49,788 nt of DNA from Verrucomicrobiota bacterium (GCA_039798785.1 JBDKFG010000032.1:1-49788), one strand, 5' to 3'; numbered from the stretch's first letter, positions 35,837 to 45,182 are shown. The notes: generated by a model from the letters alone, not told the origin. Numbers and translations: made by a program.

Positions 35837-37165
35837 ATGAAAAACCCAGCCCCCCTCGCTTTGCTTCTTCTCGCCTCTTGTGCCAGCTACGAAGCGGCTC
35901 CTCTGGTCAATCAGGAGCTGCTGGAGGCGAATCAGAAACGCCAGGCGCCGCTCTTGAAGGAGAAGATTCTCGACTTCGACGAGGCGCTCCGTTTCGCCGC
36001 GATCAACGCGCCGGAATTGCGGCGGGCGCAAGCTGAGTACGAAGCCGCGGCCAAGCTCGCCGGGATCAAAACCCCCTGGCCCAATCCCGAGCTCGAACTC
36101 GCCCCCTCGATCTCCTACGGCTCCGGCGCCGACAAGCCCGGCCCGCGCGGCCGCATTGGCGCCCTCGGCAGCCTGATGTTCACCCTTCCCCTCAACGGCC
36201 GACTCGGCCTGCAGGACGAAGTCAACGCCGCCGAAGCCGAGGCCCTGCGGGTCAAGGCAGTGGCGAGTCAGCGCCGTCTCGGCCTCGAATTGCGCCGTCT
36301 CTGGCGCGTCCACGCCCTCAGCCGCCAGGCGGCAACGCTGAAACGCGAACTCGCCGAATCCGCCCGGGCCGCCCTCGCCGCCGAGCGCCGCGCCAATGAG
36401 GCCGGGATCGGTTCCCGTCTCGACAGCGGGATCAACGCCATCGAAGCTCTCAATCTGCAGCGTGAAGCCGCCGCCGCCGAGATCGCCGCCGCGGAAGTTG
36501 CCGGACAGCTCGCCGTCCTCACCGGCCTGCCTTTGGCCGCTCTTGATCGCGCCGCGCCGGAGATGCCGCCGCCCGCCGCCCTGCCGCCGCGCGAACAATG
36601 GCCGGAGCGGATCGCGACCCATAACCCCGAACTGGCGATCCTCCGCGCCGAATATGAAGTGGCGGAACGCCAGCTCCGCCTCGAAGTCGCCCTCCAATAT
36701 CCCGACCTGCGCCTCGGCACCAGCGTCGAAGGCATGGCCGGCGAGCACAAGGCCGACTTCGGCCTCAGCCTCGGTCTCGATCTGCCGATCTTCGATCGCA
36801 ATCAGCAAGGTATTGCCGTCGCCGAAGGGCAGCGCAACCGCCTTCGCCGCGACTACGAGAGCCGCCTGGCGGAGCTGCTCAACGAGGCCGAAACCCAGGC
36901 CCGCTGCCAACGCGCCGCCCGCGCCTCGCTTGAGCTCGCCCGTCAAGCTCTGCCGCAAAGCCGCCGCAACCTCGAAGACGCCCGCCAAAACCGCGAGGCG
37001 GGACGCATCGACCTGCTACGCCAACTCGAAGTCGAACGCAGCGCTCGCCAGAGCCGCCTTGCGCTTGTAGCCGATGAAGTGGAAGTGATGGAGAGGCTCA
37101 ACCGCCTCGAAGCCATTCTGGGACTTGGACTCGAGGACAGGCCCGAAGCCAAGCCGCCTCATTGA
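35837..37165 (+). CDS. TolC/CzcC family outer membrane efflux lipoprotein
   Basis: LLASC lipobox, NAPELRRA, PNPEL, QYPDLRLG and LDLPIFDRNQQGI. Confidence 0.9.
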   Translation: MKNPAPLALLLLASCASYEAAPLVNQELLEANQKRQAPLLKEKILDFDEALRFAAINAPELRRAQAEYEAAAKLAGIKTPWPNPELELAPSISYGSGADKPGPRGRIGALGSLMFTLPLNGRLGLQDEVNAAEAEALRVKAVASQRRLGLELRRLWRVHALSRQAATLKRELAESARAALAAERRANEAGIGSRLDSGINAIEALNLQREAAAAEIAAAEVAGQLAVLTGLPLAALDRAAPEMPPPAALPPREQWPERIATHNPELAILRAEYEVAERQLRLEVALQYPDLRLGTSVEGMAGEHKADFGLSLGLDLPIFDRNQQGIAVAEGQRNRLRRDYESRLAELLNEAETQARCQRAARASLELARQALPQSRRNLEDARQNREAGRIDLLRQLEVERSARQSRLALVADEVEVMERLNRLEAILGLGLEDRPEAKPPH

Positions 37166-37645
37166 TCATTGATCACTCACTGCCGGATGATCCGCTAGCG
37201 TTGAACAGGTCAGGATGAAGGTCTTGCCGTTCTTATGCATTTGTTCGAGCTTGTCGACCGTGGCGGCGCCGATCCGGCCGAGCTTGTCGATCAAGGGGCG
37301 GAAGCGCCGCTTCTTGAAGTCTTGGAGGACGGGGGCGAGCTCGATCAGCTTGAGAAGGCAAAGCGAGTTAGCCTTGTCGAAGAGCGCATCCAGGCCAGGG
37401 AAAGCCTCTCTCAAGACGGCTCGCAGGCGGTTGGCGAGGCGAACCCTGTCATCGACCATGCCGCGACGCTGGCGGCAGAGTGGCGAGTTTCGTCTCGATA
37501 TGGCGTTCATCGTGATGGCGGATCATTCAGTCGCTGAGCAGGGCGGCGTCGGAGCTGTCGTCCATAGCCTTGCTGCCACGGCGGGGCGATCGGTAATGGG
37601 CGAATGGGATGGGAGCGATGCGAACGAAGTCCACTTGGTCGTGCG
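37166..37645 (-). pseudogene. Degenerate IS110-family transposase fragment
   Basis: IAPIPFAHYRSPRRGSKAMDDSSDAALLSD* (like the SGAKxDxxDA motif), followed by LCRQRRGMVDDRVRLANRLRAVLREAFPG. Broken by a stop or frameshift, with both termini missing. Confidence 0.7.
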
Positions 37646-37652
37646 CTTCTTC

Positions 37653-38249
37653 TTAGAGTCTGGCGGCAAGCCAGGAGGCGCACAGGGGCCCATGGCTGAG
37701 GGCGAGGAGGTGTCCGGCGCCGGGGATCAGATGTGCTCCCCGTGGCGGCGGGATGATCAGGTCGGCGCTGCCGTGCAGGCGTTCGAAATGGATTTGCCGC
37801 CGCGGCGGATTCCAGTCGCGCAAGGCGAGCAGCATTGCCTTGAGGAAGTCCGGATCGGCGCGATGCAGCATGCCTGGCGCGGCGCCGGGAGAGAAGGAGG
37901 CGAGGCGGGTCGACAGAGGAAGAGGCGCCAGGCTGGCGAGCGGCAGCAGCCTTTGCAGGAAACGGTTGATTTCGCCGCGATGGGCGGCGCTGCCGATCAG
38001 GTAGACCCGGTCCTGGCCGCAGAGAGCGGCGATCTCCTGGGCCACCATGCCGCCGAAGGAGCAGCCGCCGAGAGGGATGGCCGGAGAGACGGCGCCGGAT
38101 TCGAGGAGTCTTCTGGCCAGAGCTTCGAGACTGCGCTCGCCCCGCCAGCGGGGCCAGTCCGGAAAATGCGCCGGCAGCGAGTTCCAGCCGAGACGGAAAA
38201 GGCTCGAGTCTGCACCCATTCCGGGAAGGAGCTGGACCCGCGGGCTCAT
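37653..38249 (-). CDS. Alpha/beta hydrolase
   Basis: MSPRVQLLPGMGADSSLF, GGCSFGG nucleophile elbow, LHGSADLII and GAGH. Start overlaps the upstream stop (ATGA). Confidence 0.85.
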   Translation of the reverse strand: MSPRVQLLPGMGADSSLFRLGWNSLPAHFPDWPRWRGERSLEALARRLLESGAVSPAIPLGGCSFGGMVAQEIAALCGQDRVYLIGSAAHRGEINRFLQRLLPLASLAPLPLSTRLASFSPGAAPGMLHRADPDFLKAMLLALRDWNPPRRQIHFERLHGSADLIIPPPRGAHLIPGAGHLLALSHGPLCASWLAARL

Positions 38250-39898
38250 GGCGACGGAGATTTGTGGATGCCGCGCCACAACTTCAGGTCGCTGATGCCG
38301 TTGTAGGCCGGCAGGCTTTCGACCAGCTCCCAGGTGAACCAGGAAGGGTCGCGAAGCCGCTGCGTCAAGGGAGGCGAGGATCGGCCGATGGCATAGATCT
38401 CCTTCGGCAGCAACTCTTGCTGCAGCTGGCCTCGCCCAGGCAGGACCTGGCGCTGCAGATGGAAGAGCTCCCCCCACAGGTTGAGCGGCTTGCCGCTGTC
38501 CTTGAACACGGCGTTGACGACCGCTCCCTCCTTCGGTATCCGGGTTGCAAGCTCGGCGGCGAATTCCTCCTGGCTCAAGACTGCCGGACGCAGAAGCAGT
38601 CGCAATCCCGGGATGCTCAGATGTAGGGCGATCAAAAGAGCCAGCAGGCGGAAGGGGGAGGCGGCAGAAGCCTGGTGGCGCGAAGCCAGGAGATAGAGCG
38701 ACAAGGCCGCCGCGACAAGGCTCATCGGCAGGATGACGCGGGAGCGTTCCCGCGAGAAGGTGAAGGCAGGGTGCCTCCAATCGAGGATCTGGCTGAGGTG
38801 CAGGGCGGCCAGGGCCCCAGCTACCAGCAGCACCCCGAGAAGGATGAAGAGGAAGCACTTGCGCAGTGTCGCTTCGTGTCGGCGCATCAGCATCGGATAA
38901 TGCAGGCCGGCCATCACCGAAAGCGGTATCAGCAGGGGCAGCAGGGTTTCGGCCTTGGCGTCGGGGATCAGCCAGGTGGCGAGGAAGGGGGCGAGACAGG
39001 CGGTCCGCAGCCAGGTGAAGAGCAGAGGGTGGCGCTCCAGGGTCCGGAAGGATTCGCAGAAGGCTGGCCAGGCCAGCAGGGTCCAGGGCATCAGGTAGAG
39101 CGCCACTTTGAAGGGGAAGCTGAGAAGGTGGGCAAGGTAGGGGCCGAGTTCGCTGTTGACATCCGGAAACAGCGGCGGCAGCAAGGTGAAGGACTGCGCT
39201 CCGCCGCCGGAAAGACGCCATTGCAAGAGCAGCGAGGCGAGGGCGACCAGCGCCAGAGCGACAAGGTGCGGCAATTGCAGCAGGCGCTTGCGGACGTCGG
39301 TGGGGCGGCGGACGAAGATCAGCGGCAGGTAGAAGAAGGCGACGCAGTGCAAGCCGCTGATGCTGGCCGCGAGACAGGACAGGCCGAGGCCGCCGACCCA
39401 GGCGTAGAGCCAGCGGGAGCCGCTGCGGGAAAGCTCGAACCAGAGCAGCCAGGCCGCCCCAAGCAGCGCCGCCGCCATCACCTGGCCGTCGGCCCGCGCC
39501 GCCCATTGCACCGCGCCGATGCTGCTCAGGACGCAGGCGCCGCTGATCAGCCCGCAAACATTGCCGCCGTAGCGTCGCGCCATCATCGTCGCCGCGAAAA
39601 CCGCGAAAAACAAGGACAGCACCGAGGGAAGGCGCAGTGTGAACTCGTTGACTTCGCCAAAGGGGAGGGAGGCCAGAGCCGCCGACCAGACAAGAAGGAA
39701 GGGGACTTCCACCCTTTCACCGGCAACGGCGCATTGCAGCCAGGATTCGCCGGCTTCCACTATTCCGCGCGCAACCAGGCCGGCTTGCGCCTCGTTGCCG
39801 CTCAAGGGTGGCAGCTTGAGCTGCGGCAACAGCATCAAAACCGCCGCCAGCCCGAGGGCCAGCGGCCAAAGCCTGCTGATCTGCTGCTGCTCTTTCAT
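38246..39898 (-). CDS. ArnT/PMT-like (GT39/GT83-type) integral membrane glycosyltransferase
   Basis: LSGNEAQAGLVARGIVE, NEFTLRLPSVL, LMPW and LLPLL, with many TM helices. Confidence 0.8.
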   Translation of the reverse strand: MKEQQQISRLWPLALGLAAVLMLLPQLKLPPLSGNEAQAGLVARGIVEAGESWLQCAVAGERVEVPFLLVWSAALASLPFGEVNEFTLRLPSVLSLFFAVFAATMMARRYGGNVCGLISGACVLSSIGAVQWAARADGQVMAAALLGAAWLLWFELSRSGSRWLYAWVGGLGLSCLAASISGLHCVAFFYLPLIFVRRPTDVRKRLLQLPHLVALALVALASLLLQWRLSGGGAQSFTLLPPLFPDVNSELGPYLAHLLSFPFKVALYLMPWTLLAWPAFCESFRTLERHPLLFTWLRTACLAPFLATWLIPDAKAETLLPLLIPLSVMAGLHYPMLMRRHEATLRKCFLFILLGVLLVAGALAALHLSQILDWRHPAFTFSRERSRVILPMSLVAAALSLYLLASRHQASAASPFRLLALLIALHLSIPGLRLLLRPAVLSQEEFAAELATRIPKEGAVVNAVFKDSGKPLNLWGELFHLQRQVLPGRGQLQQELLPKEIYAIGRSSPPLTQRLRDPSWFTWELVESLPAYNGISDLKLWRGIHKSPSP

Positions 39899-40054
39899 GT
39901 TTTTTCCCGCCGCCAAGTTTGCGGCGCCCACCTTAGCCGGACCCCGGGATTTTTCGAACCGCTTCAAGCCGCATAAGCGGTAGTCACGCGCAATGGCCGA
40001 TGCCCCTAAAGCTAGCGGAAGACTCTCGATCGGGATGGTTAAGTCTTCCGGGGG

Positions 40055-41485
40055 TCAGAAATTTCTAGCCTTGCGGATCAAGGACTCTTTGCGCTCATGC
40101 AAGTGCGACTCGAGGCCGACGGGGTAGGTGTGCGGGTTGTCGATGCGTTTGCTTTCCGGGCTGAGGCGGGCGAGCTGGGCGAGGCAGTGGCTGCGGCTGT
40201 CGCGCAGGGAGGGGAGCTGGTAGACGCTCTGGCCGCGACGCAGCACCGGAACGAGCAGGTCCTCGGAGTCGAGGCCCTCGAGCTTGCGGCAGCGGTCGGG
40301 GTCGAGGGGGTCGATGATGCGGCAGGGCGAGGCCAAGCCGAGCTCGCTGTCGTAGATGGCGTCGGCGACGAAGAGGCCGTCTTTGGAGAAGCGGCGCACC
40401 TGCTGGATGCCGGGATTGCTGACCTTGATGCGCTGTTCGCTGAGCTTGATGCGCGGGGTCCAGACGCCGTTTTGACGGATGGCGCCGAGTTTGTAGACGC
40501 CGCCGAGGGCGGGTTGGTCGTAGGCGGTGACCAGCTTGGTGCCGATGCCCCAGAGGTCGATCTTCGCTCCCTGGTGCTTGAGGCTCTCGATCAGCTTCTC
40601 GTCGAGGTCGTTGGAGGCGACGATTTTCGCTTGCGGGAAGCCGCCTTCGTCGAGGATCTTGCGGGCCTCGATCGACAGCCAGGCGAGGTCGCCGGAGTCG
40701 AGGCGGATGCCGACCATCTCATGCCCCTGCTGACGCAGTTCGCGGCCGACGGTGACGGCATTGCGGACGCCTTGCAGGGTGTCGTAGGTGTCGACCAGGA
40801 AGACGCAGTTGTTGGGCATGGCGGCGGCGTAGGCGCGGAAGGCCTCTAGCTCGGAGTCGAAACCCATCACCCAGCTGTGGGCGTGGGTGCCTTTCACCGG
40901 GATGCCGAAGTGTTGTCCGGCGAGGACATTGGAGGTGGCGGCGCAACCGCCGAGGAAGGCGGCGCGGCTGGCGGCCATGGCGCCATCGGCTCCTTGCGCT
41001 CGCCGCAAACCGAATTCCAGCACCGGATCGCCGCCGGCGGCGAGGCAGACGCGGGCCGCCTTGGTGGCGATCAGGGTGTTGAAGTTCATCAGGTTGAGAA
41101 TGGCGGTCTCGAGCAATTGTCCCTGCAGCACCGGACCCCGGACGCGGATCAGCGGTTCATGCGGGAAGGCCAGCGTGCCCTCGGGAATGGCGTCGATGTC
41201 GACGCTCAGCCGCAGCTTGCCGAGGTAATCGAGGAAGCCTTTTTCGAACAGCGGCTTGCCGTCGCGTCCGGTGAGTCCGGCGAGGTAGTCGCGATCTTCG
41301 GCGCTGAAGGACCAGTCGCGCAGCCATTCGAGGATGGGCCCGAGGCCTGCGGCGACCGCAAAGCCGCCGCCGAAGGGCAGCTTGCGGAAGAAGCCATGGA
41401 ACACCGCTTCGTCTTCGGCCGTGCCGTTTTTCCAATAGCCGTAGGCCATGGTGAGCTGGTAGAGGTCAGTGAGGAGAGGGGACAT
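40055..41485 (-). CDS. pncB: Nicotinate phosphoribosyltransferase
   Basis: [51 protein letters not shown] and GGVYKL. Confidence 0.96.
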   Translation of the reverse strand: MSPLLTDLYQLTMAYGYWKNGTAEDEAVFHGFFRKLPFGGGFAVAAGLGPILEWLRDWSFSAEDRDYLAGLTGRDGKPLFEKGFLDYLGKLRLSVDIDAIPEGTLAFPHEPLIRVRGPVLQGQLLETAILNLMNFNTLIATKAARVCLAAGGDPVLEFGLRRAQGADGAMAASRAAFLGGCAATSNVLAGQHFGIPVKGTHAHSWVMGFDSELEAFRAYAAAMPNNCVFLVDTYDTLQGVRNAVTVGRELRQQGHEMVGIRLDSGDLAWLSIEARKILDEGGFPQAKIVASNDLDEKLIESLKHQGAKIDLWGIGTKLVTAYDQPALGGVYKLGAIRQNGVWTPRIKLSEQRIKVSNPGIQQVRRFSKDGLFVADAIYDSELGLASPCRIIDPLDPDRCRKLEGLDSEDLLVPVLRRGQSVYQLPSLRDSRSHCLAQLARLSPESKRIDNPHTYPVGLESHLHERKESLIRKARNF

Positions 41486-41502
41486 CGGGGGCTCCTTCGG
41501 AG

Positions 41503-41531
41503 GTTTAAAGTTTAAGGTTTAAAGTTTCAAG
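41503..41531. repeat. (GTTTAAA)x4 heptamer array upstream of pncB
   Basis: gtttaaa gtttaag gtttaaa gtttcaa g. Confidence 0.7.
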
Positions 41532-41558
41532 ATGTGGTTCGATCGTCCCGATCGAGAT
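41531..41558. repeat. 28-bp REP-like hairpin, copy R1
   Basis: gatgtggtTCGATCG-tcc-CGATCGAgat. Confidence 0.7.
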
Positions 41559-41647
41559 TGTTTGGCCGTTCCGTCTCGGGATCGCTGGCGTCCCGCCGGC
41601 TGTGTTAGTATTGGCGTTGATTAGCCGGGATTGATGTTCTGTTCTGT

Positions 41648-42478
41648 GCCCCACCGGGGCAGCCTGACCTTAGCCCGGGGTGGAGCCGAGGAACGAGGCG
41701 GAACCCCGGGTAGGTGAAGAAAGAATTCGAGCCCTGAAGGGGCGATCTGAAAACGGTTAATCCCATAGATACCGCTCGTCGTAGGGGATCTGGGCCCGTT
41801 CGAGGAAAGCCTTGAGCTCGGTTTTGAAATCATGCGTGCCGTGATGCTCCGCTTGAGTGGCGATGTAGCGCACAACCTTGTCCTTATCCTGCATGGCAAC
41901 GGAGAAAGCGGCGTAGCCGGTCTGCCAGGCGAAATCGAGCTGCCCTTGGCCCTTCATCCACTTGTTGGAATCTGTCTTCAAGTCACGCACCAGATTACTG
42001 ATGGAGGACTGCTTCCCCAGATTGAAGAAAAGGTGGACATGGTCGAGATGGCCTCCGACCTTGAGGGGATGGGCGCCTAATTGGATCAGGGCTTGGGCGA
42101 GGATCGCGAAGATTTGTGGCTGGATTTGCGGGGTCAGCAAAGGGCGGCGATCCTTGGTGCTGAAGACGAGGTGGACGAGGATTTGAGAGAGGGATTGGGG
42201 CATGGGGGATCTCCGGAGGTGTTCAGGTCGCTCTTACAGGGCTTGGTTTTTTATCGGGTTGACCCGGGGTTGCGCCTCGTTCCTCGGCTCCACCCCGGGC
42301 TAAGGTCAGGTCGCCCCGTTGGGGCTGCCTTTGGGATGGTTTCAAGGATTGGGGCATGGGGGATCTCCGGAGGTGTTCAGGTCGCCCTTACAGGGCTTGG
42401 TTTTAATCGGGTTGACCCGGGGTTGCGCCTCGTTCCTCGGCTCCACCCCGGGCTAAGGTCGGGTCGCCCCTTTGGGGC
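41648..42478. mobile_element. IS200/REP-associated tnpA unit bounded by ~105-bp inverted repeats (right arm duplicated)
   Basis: 41648-41751 is the near-exact reverse complement of 42222-42325 and 42376-42478 (gccccaccggggc...ttagcccggggtggagccgaggaacgaggc...gccctgaaggggcgatctgaa). Confidence 0.8.
41757..42203 (-). CDS. tnpA: IS200/IS605-family Y1 (HUH) transposase
   Basis: VHLVFSTKDR, DHVHL (HUH), FAWQTGYAAFSV, YIATQAEHH (catalytic Tyr) and YDERYLWD. Confidence 0.93.
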   Translation of the reverse strand: MPQSLSQILVHLVFSTKDRRPLLTPQIQPQIFAILAQALIQLGAHPLKVGGHLDHVHLFFNLGKQSSISNLVRDLKTDSNKWMKGQGQLDFAWQTGYAAFSVAMQDKDKVVRYIATQAEHHGTHDFKTELKAFLERAQIPYDERYLWD

Positions 42479-42516
42479 TGCGACAGGCGGGACGCCTGTC
42501 CTCCTTTGTGTTGCTT

Positions 42517-43056
42517 TCACTCCTCCCCCCGAATAAACTCCGCCGGCACCGCATCACAGAGCCAGACGCCGTTGCCGGAGAGGTAGAAGTTGTGGCCGGC
42601 GCGGTGCATGGCGCCGCTGGCGATGGTGAAGATCACCGGGCGGCCGTGGCGGGTGCCGACTTGGCGGGCGGTGGCGATCTCGTGGGAGAGGTGGACGTGT
42701 TGACGCGCGGCGGGGTGAAGGCCGTTCTTGAGGATGGATTCGCGGTTCTGCTCGGCGCTGCCGTGGAAGAGTTCTTCCGGCGGCGCGACCGGGCTGAGGC
42801 CCAGTTCGATGTCGATCGAGTGGCCTTGCTGGGCGCGGATGCGTCCGGCCTCGATGGCGAAGCGTTTCTTCTCGTTGGTGGCGACGATTTCCTCGAGCTC
42901 TTCGGGGCTGAGGGGGTGTCCGGCGGCCGCCATCTTGCTCAGCAGTTCGGGGATCTCGGCCCAGCCCTGGGCGTCGAGGGTGAGGCCGATGGCGGCGGGG
43001 TCGTGGCGCAGCACGAGGGAGAGGAATTTACTGGAGCTGATGAGGTGCTTTTTCAT
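42517..43056 (-). CDS. kptA: RNA:NAD 2'-phosphotransferase (Tpt1/KptA)
   Basis: SKFLSLVLRH, KKRF, IRAQQGHS, LFHGS, RQHVHLS, VGTRHG and NGVWL. Confidence 0.95.
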   Translation of the reverse strand: MKKHLISSSKFLSLVLRHDPAAIGLTLDAQGWAEIPELLSKMAAAGHPLSPEELEEIVATNEKKRFAIEAGRIRAQQGHSIDIELGLSPVAPPEELFHGSAEQNRESILKNGLHPAARQHVHLSHEIATARQVGTRHGRPVIFTIASGAMHRAGHNFYLSGNGVWLCDAVPAEFIRGEE

Positions 43057-43080
43057 GGGATGTCTTTGAGTTGTGAGTTG

Positions 43081-43108
43081 GATGTGACTCGATCGTCCCG
43101 TTCGAGAT
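43081..43108. repeat. 28-bp REP-like hairpin, copy R2
   Basis: gatgtgaCTCGATCG-tcc-CGTTCGAGat. Confidence 0.7.
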
Positions 43109-43204
43109 GGGACGGCAGCTCTTTTACCTGAATGTAGCTCAGGAATTTGCTGAAAGCGTCAATTCAGGGTATCGTTGGCTTGGGAACTAGAGGAGATTTA
43201 AAAC

Positions 43205-43426
43205 ATGCATGCGATTGAATTTGAGGCGACGGCGCACCAGCATGTGATCCGGGTTCCGGACGGCGTGCCGGACGGCGTGCCTTTTCGGGTGCTGCTTCTC
43301 TCTGCTTCTCCCTTGAGTTTGCCCTCGACAGGAGGATTGAAGTCCTTGCTGAGCGGCATCGCCGAGGGATTGAATGAAGAGGATCTGCATCGTCCGCGCG
43401 ATCTGGGGCGTCTGGAGCGGGAATGA
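43205..43426 (+). CDS. Putative antitoxin (VapB role)
   Basis: 73-aa ORF overlapping the PIN toxin start (ATGA); beta-rich N-terminus and GLKSLL...R.RD tail. Confidence 0.75.
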   Translation: MHAIEFEATAHQHVIRVPDGVPDGVPFRVLLLSASPLSLPSTGGLKSLLSGIAEGLNEEDLHRPRDLGRLERE

Positions 43427-43836
43427 GCTTTCTGATCGACACCAATGTCTTGTCCGAGCTGCAGAAGGGCGAGAGGGCGGATGGCGGCGTCAAAGCCTGG
43501 TTTGCTTCGGTTTCCGCCGATGAACTGTATCTTTCGGTGTTGGTGATCGGGGAATTGCAGTGCGGGATTTCTCGCTTGCAAGTGCGTGATCCGGCACAGG
43601 CCTCGGTGCTTGAGTCCCGCATGGGGCGTCTTCGAGAGCAGATGCAAGATCGAATCTTGCCGGTGAATGAGTCGGTCGCGGCGCGCTGGGGCCAATTGAA
43701 CAGTCGCGATCCCTTGCCAGTCATCGACGGACTCCTGGCGGCAACAGCGCTGGAATTCGGCTTGATCCTGGTGACCAGAAACACCAAGGATGTCGAGCGC
43801 ACGGGCGTCCTTTTGCTGAATCCCTTTGCGCGGTGA
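43423..43836 (+). CDS. vapC: PIN-domain toxin, VapC family
   Basis: FLIDTNVLSEL, LSVLVIGELQCG, IDGLLAATA and LVTRNTKD. Confidence 0.93.
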   Translation: MSFLIDTNVLSELQKGERADGGVKAWFASVSADELYLSVLVIGELQCGISRLQVRDPAQASVLESRMGRLREQMQDRILPVNESVAARWGQLNSRDPLPVIDGLLAATALEFGLILVTRNTKDVERTGVLLLNPFAR

Positions 43837-43877
43837 ATCGAAACGATTGGTGAGCATGGTGGCTTCTGAGTTTCAGG

Positions 43878-43905
43878 GGTGTGACTCGATCGTCCCGATC
43901 GAGAG
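43878..43905. repeat. 28-bp REP-like hairpin, copy R3
   Basis: ggtgtgaCTCGATCG-tcc-CGATCGAGag. Confidence 0.7.
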
Positions 43906-43915
43906 GGTTTGACCA

Positions 43916-43988
43916 GTCGATATCTGTCGATATCTATCGATATCACGATAGCTATCGAAGGCGTCGGCAGATATCGACAGATATCGAT
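43916..43988. repeat. Inverted 10-mer tandem arrays forming a ~20-bp stem
   Basis: gtcgatatct gtcgatatct atcgatatc ... agatatcgac agatatcgat (19/20 complementary). Confidence 0.75.
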
Positions 43989-44009
43989 GGGCTCTTGGGC
44001 TGGTGTTTT

Positions 44010-45068
44010 TCATGGCTGAGTCCTGGCTTTCGCTGTCAGGGCCAGAATCGGCCGCATCAGCCCATGCGTCAGGACGATGGCGGTGAAGAGGAGCTGTCGC
44101 GGCAGGTAGAGCAGCGCCTTCAGGCCTAGCCGGGGGGCGGGGCCTTCGCCCGCAAGAGCGGCGGCGAGGGCGCGGAGATGGGCTTCTCCGGCGGGGAACT
44201 CGATCAAGGCCTTCAAGTCTTCGGCGGGCAGGGAGGCTTCGCCGAAACGCAGGGCGAGGAGGGCGCCGGCGATGGCGCCGACGGTGTCGGTGTCGCCGCC
44301 ACAGTCGAGGACGGCGCTCAGGCCGCTTTTGAAGTCGCGGGCGCTAAGCAGGCCGTAGAGGGCGACGGGAACGGTGGCGTGAATCCAGCCGCTGACGCCG
44401 TTTTCGCAGCTGATGGCGCGGCAATAGCCCTGCAGGTCCCAGCCTTCGGTCCGGCCTTGCTTGATGAGGGCGAGACGCTCCTGCCAGATGCGGTCATCGG
44501 GGCCGAGTTGCGCCAGGCGCAGAAGCAGGGCTTCTTCGGAATCCCCTTTGACCAGGGCGGCGGCGGCTTCGGCGATGGCCAGGGCTCCGGTGTCGGCGGC
44601 GGGATCGAGGTGGGTGAGGCGGGTTGAGGCGAGGGTGTAGTCGCGGCGTTTGGCGGCGTCGTCCGCAAAGACGGCGCCGAGGAGGGTGGCGCGCATGGCG
44701 GGGCCGTTGCCTTGGGAGCGGACGCCGGCGCGTGCGGCCGGAACGCCAAGGCAGAGCTTGAGGCAGGCTTTGAGGGTGGCGAAGCCGATGCCGGCGGGGA
44801 GCCTAAGGAACCAGCAGCGCAGGCCGGCGGCGAGGCGTCGCTGGAAGGAATCGGCATCGCTCGACTCCAGCAGCGCCTGGGCGACGAGGACGAGGTGCTC
44901 GGTGTCATCGCTGACGAAGCCCTTGCCGAAGAAGAGGCGTTGCCTCCAGTGCCCGGCCCAGCCGAGGCGGGCGATGCGCTCGCGGCTGAGGCCTTCCGCC
45001 GGCAGGCCGAGCGAATCGCCGAGGGCTTGGCCGAGGAAGAGGGCGGTGAGTGGGGAGCGGGTGGGCAT
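44010..45068 (-). CDS. ADP-ribosylglycohydrolase (DraG/ARH family)
   Basis: GQALGDSLGLPAEG, SDDTE, GNGPAMR, LTH and GGDTDTVGAIAGAL. Confidence 0.93.
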   Translation of the reverse strand: MPTRSPLTALFLGQALGDSLGLPAEGLSRERIARLGWAGHWRQRLFFGKGFVSDDTEHLVLVAQALLESSDADSFQRRLAAGLRCWFLRLPAGIGFATLKACLKLCLGVPAARAGVRSQGNGPAMRATLLGAVFADDAAKRRDYTLASTRLTHLDPAADTGALAIAEAAAALVKGDSEEALLLRLAQLGPDDRIWQERLALIKQGRTEGWDLQGYCRAISCENGVSGWIHATVPVALYGLLSARDFKSGLSAVLDCGGDTDTVGAIAGALLALRFGEASLPAEDLKALIEFPAGEAHLRALAAALAGEGPAPRLGLKALLYLPRQLLFTAIVLTHGLMRPILALTAKARTQP

Positions 45069-45132
45069 GCAGACATTGTAATTTCAAAGCACTGGGAAAA
45101 GCAAGTCAAGCGCAATCTTGTGGTGGAACGAA

Positions 45133-45165
45133 TGCGCCCCCCGCGGTGATATTGCGGGGGGCGCA
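45133..45165 (-). terminator. GC-rich hairpin after the A-type carrier gene
   Basis: TGCGCCCCCCGC-N9-GCGGGGGGCGCA with only a weak U tract. Confidence 0.45.
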
Positions 45166-45182
45166 GAAGCGGTCGAGGCGGC

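Noticed and set aside
37653..39557. 634-aa ORF as a single fusion protein
   Set aside because: Only the last 198 aa (from 38249) look like a hydrolase; the rest overlaps the glycosyltransferase in another frame.
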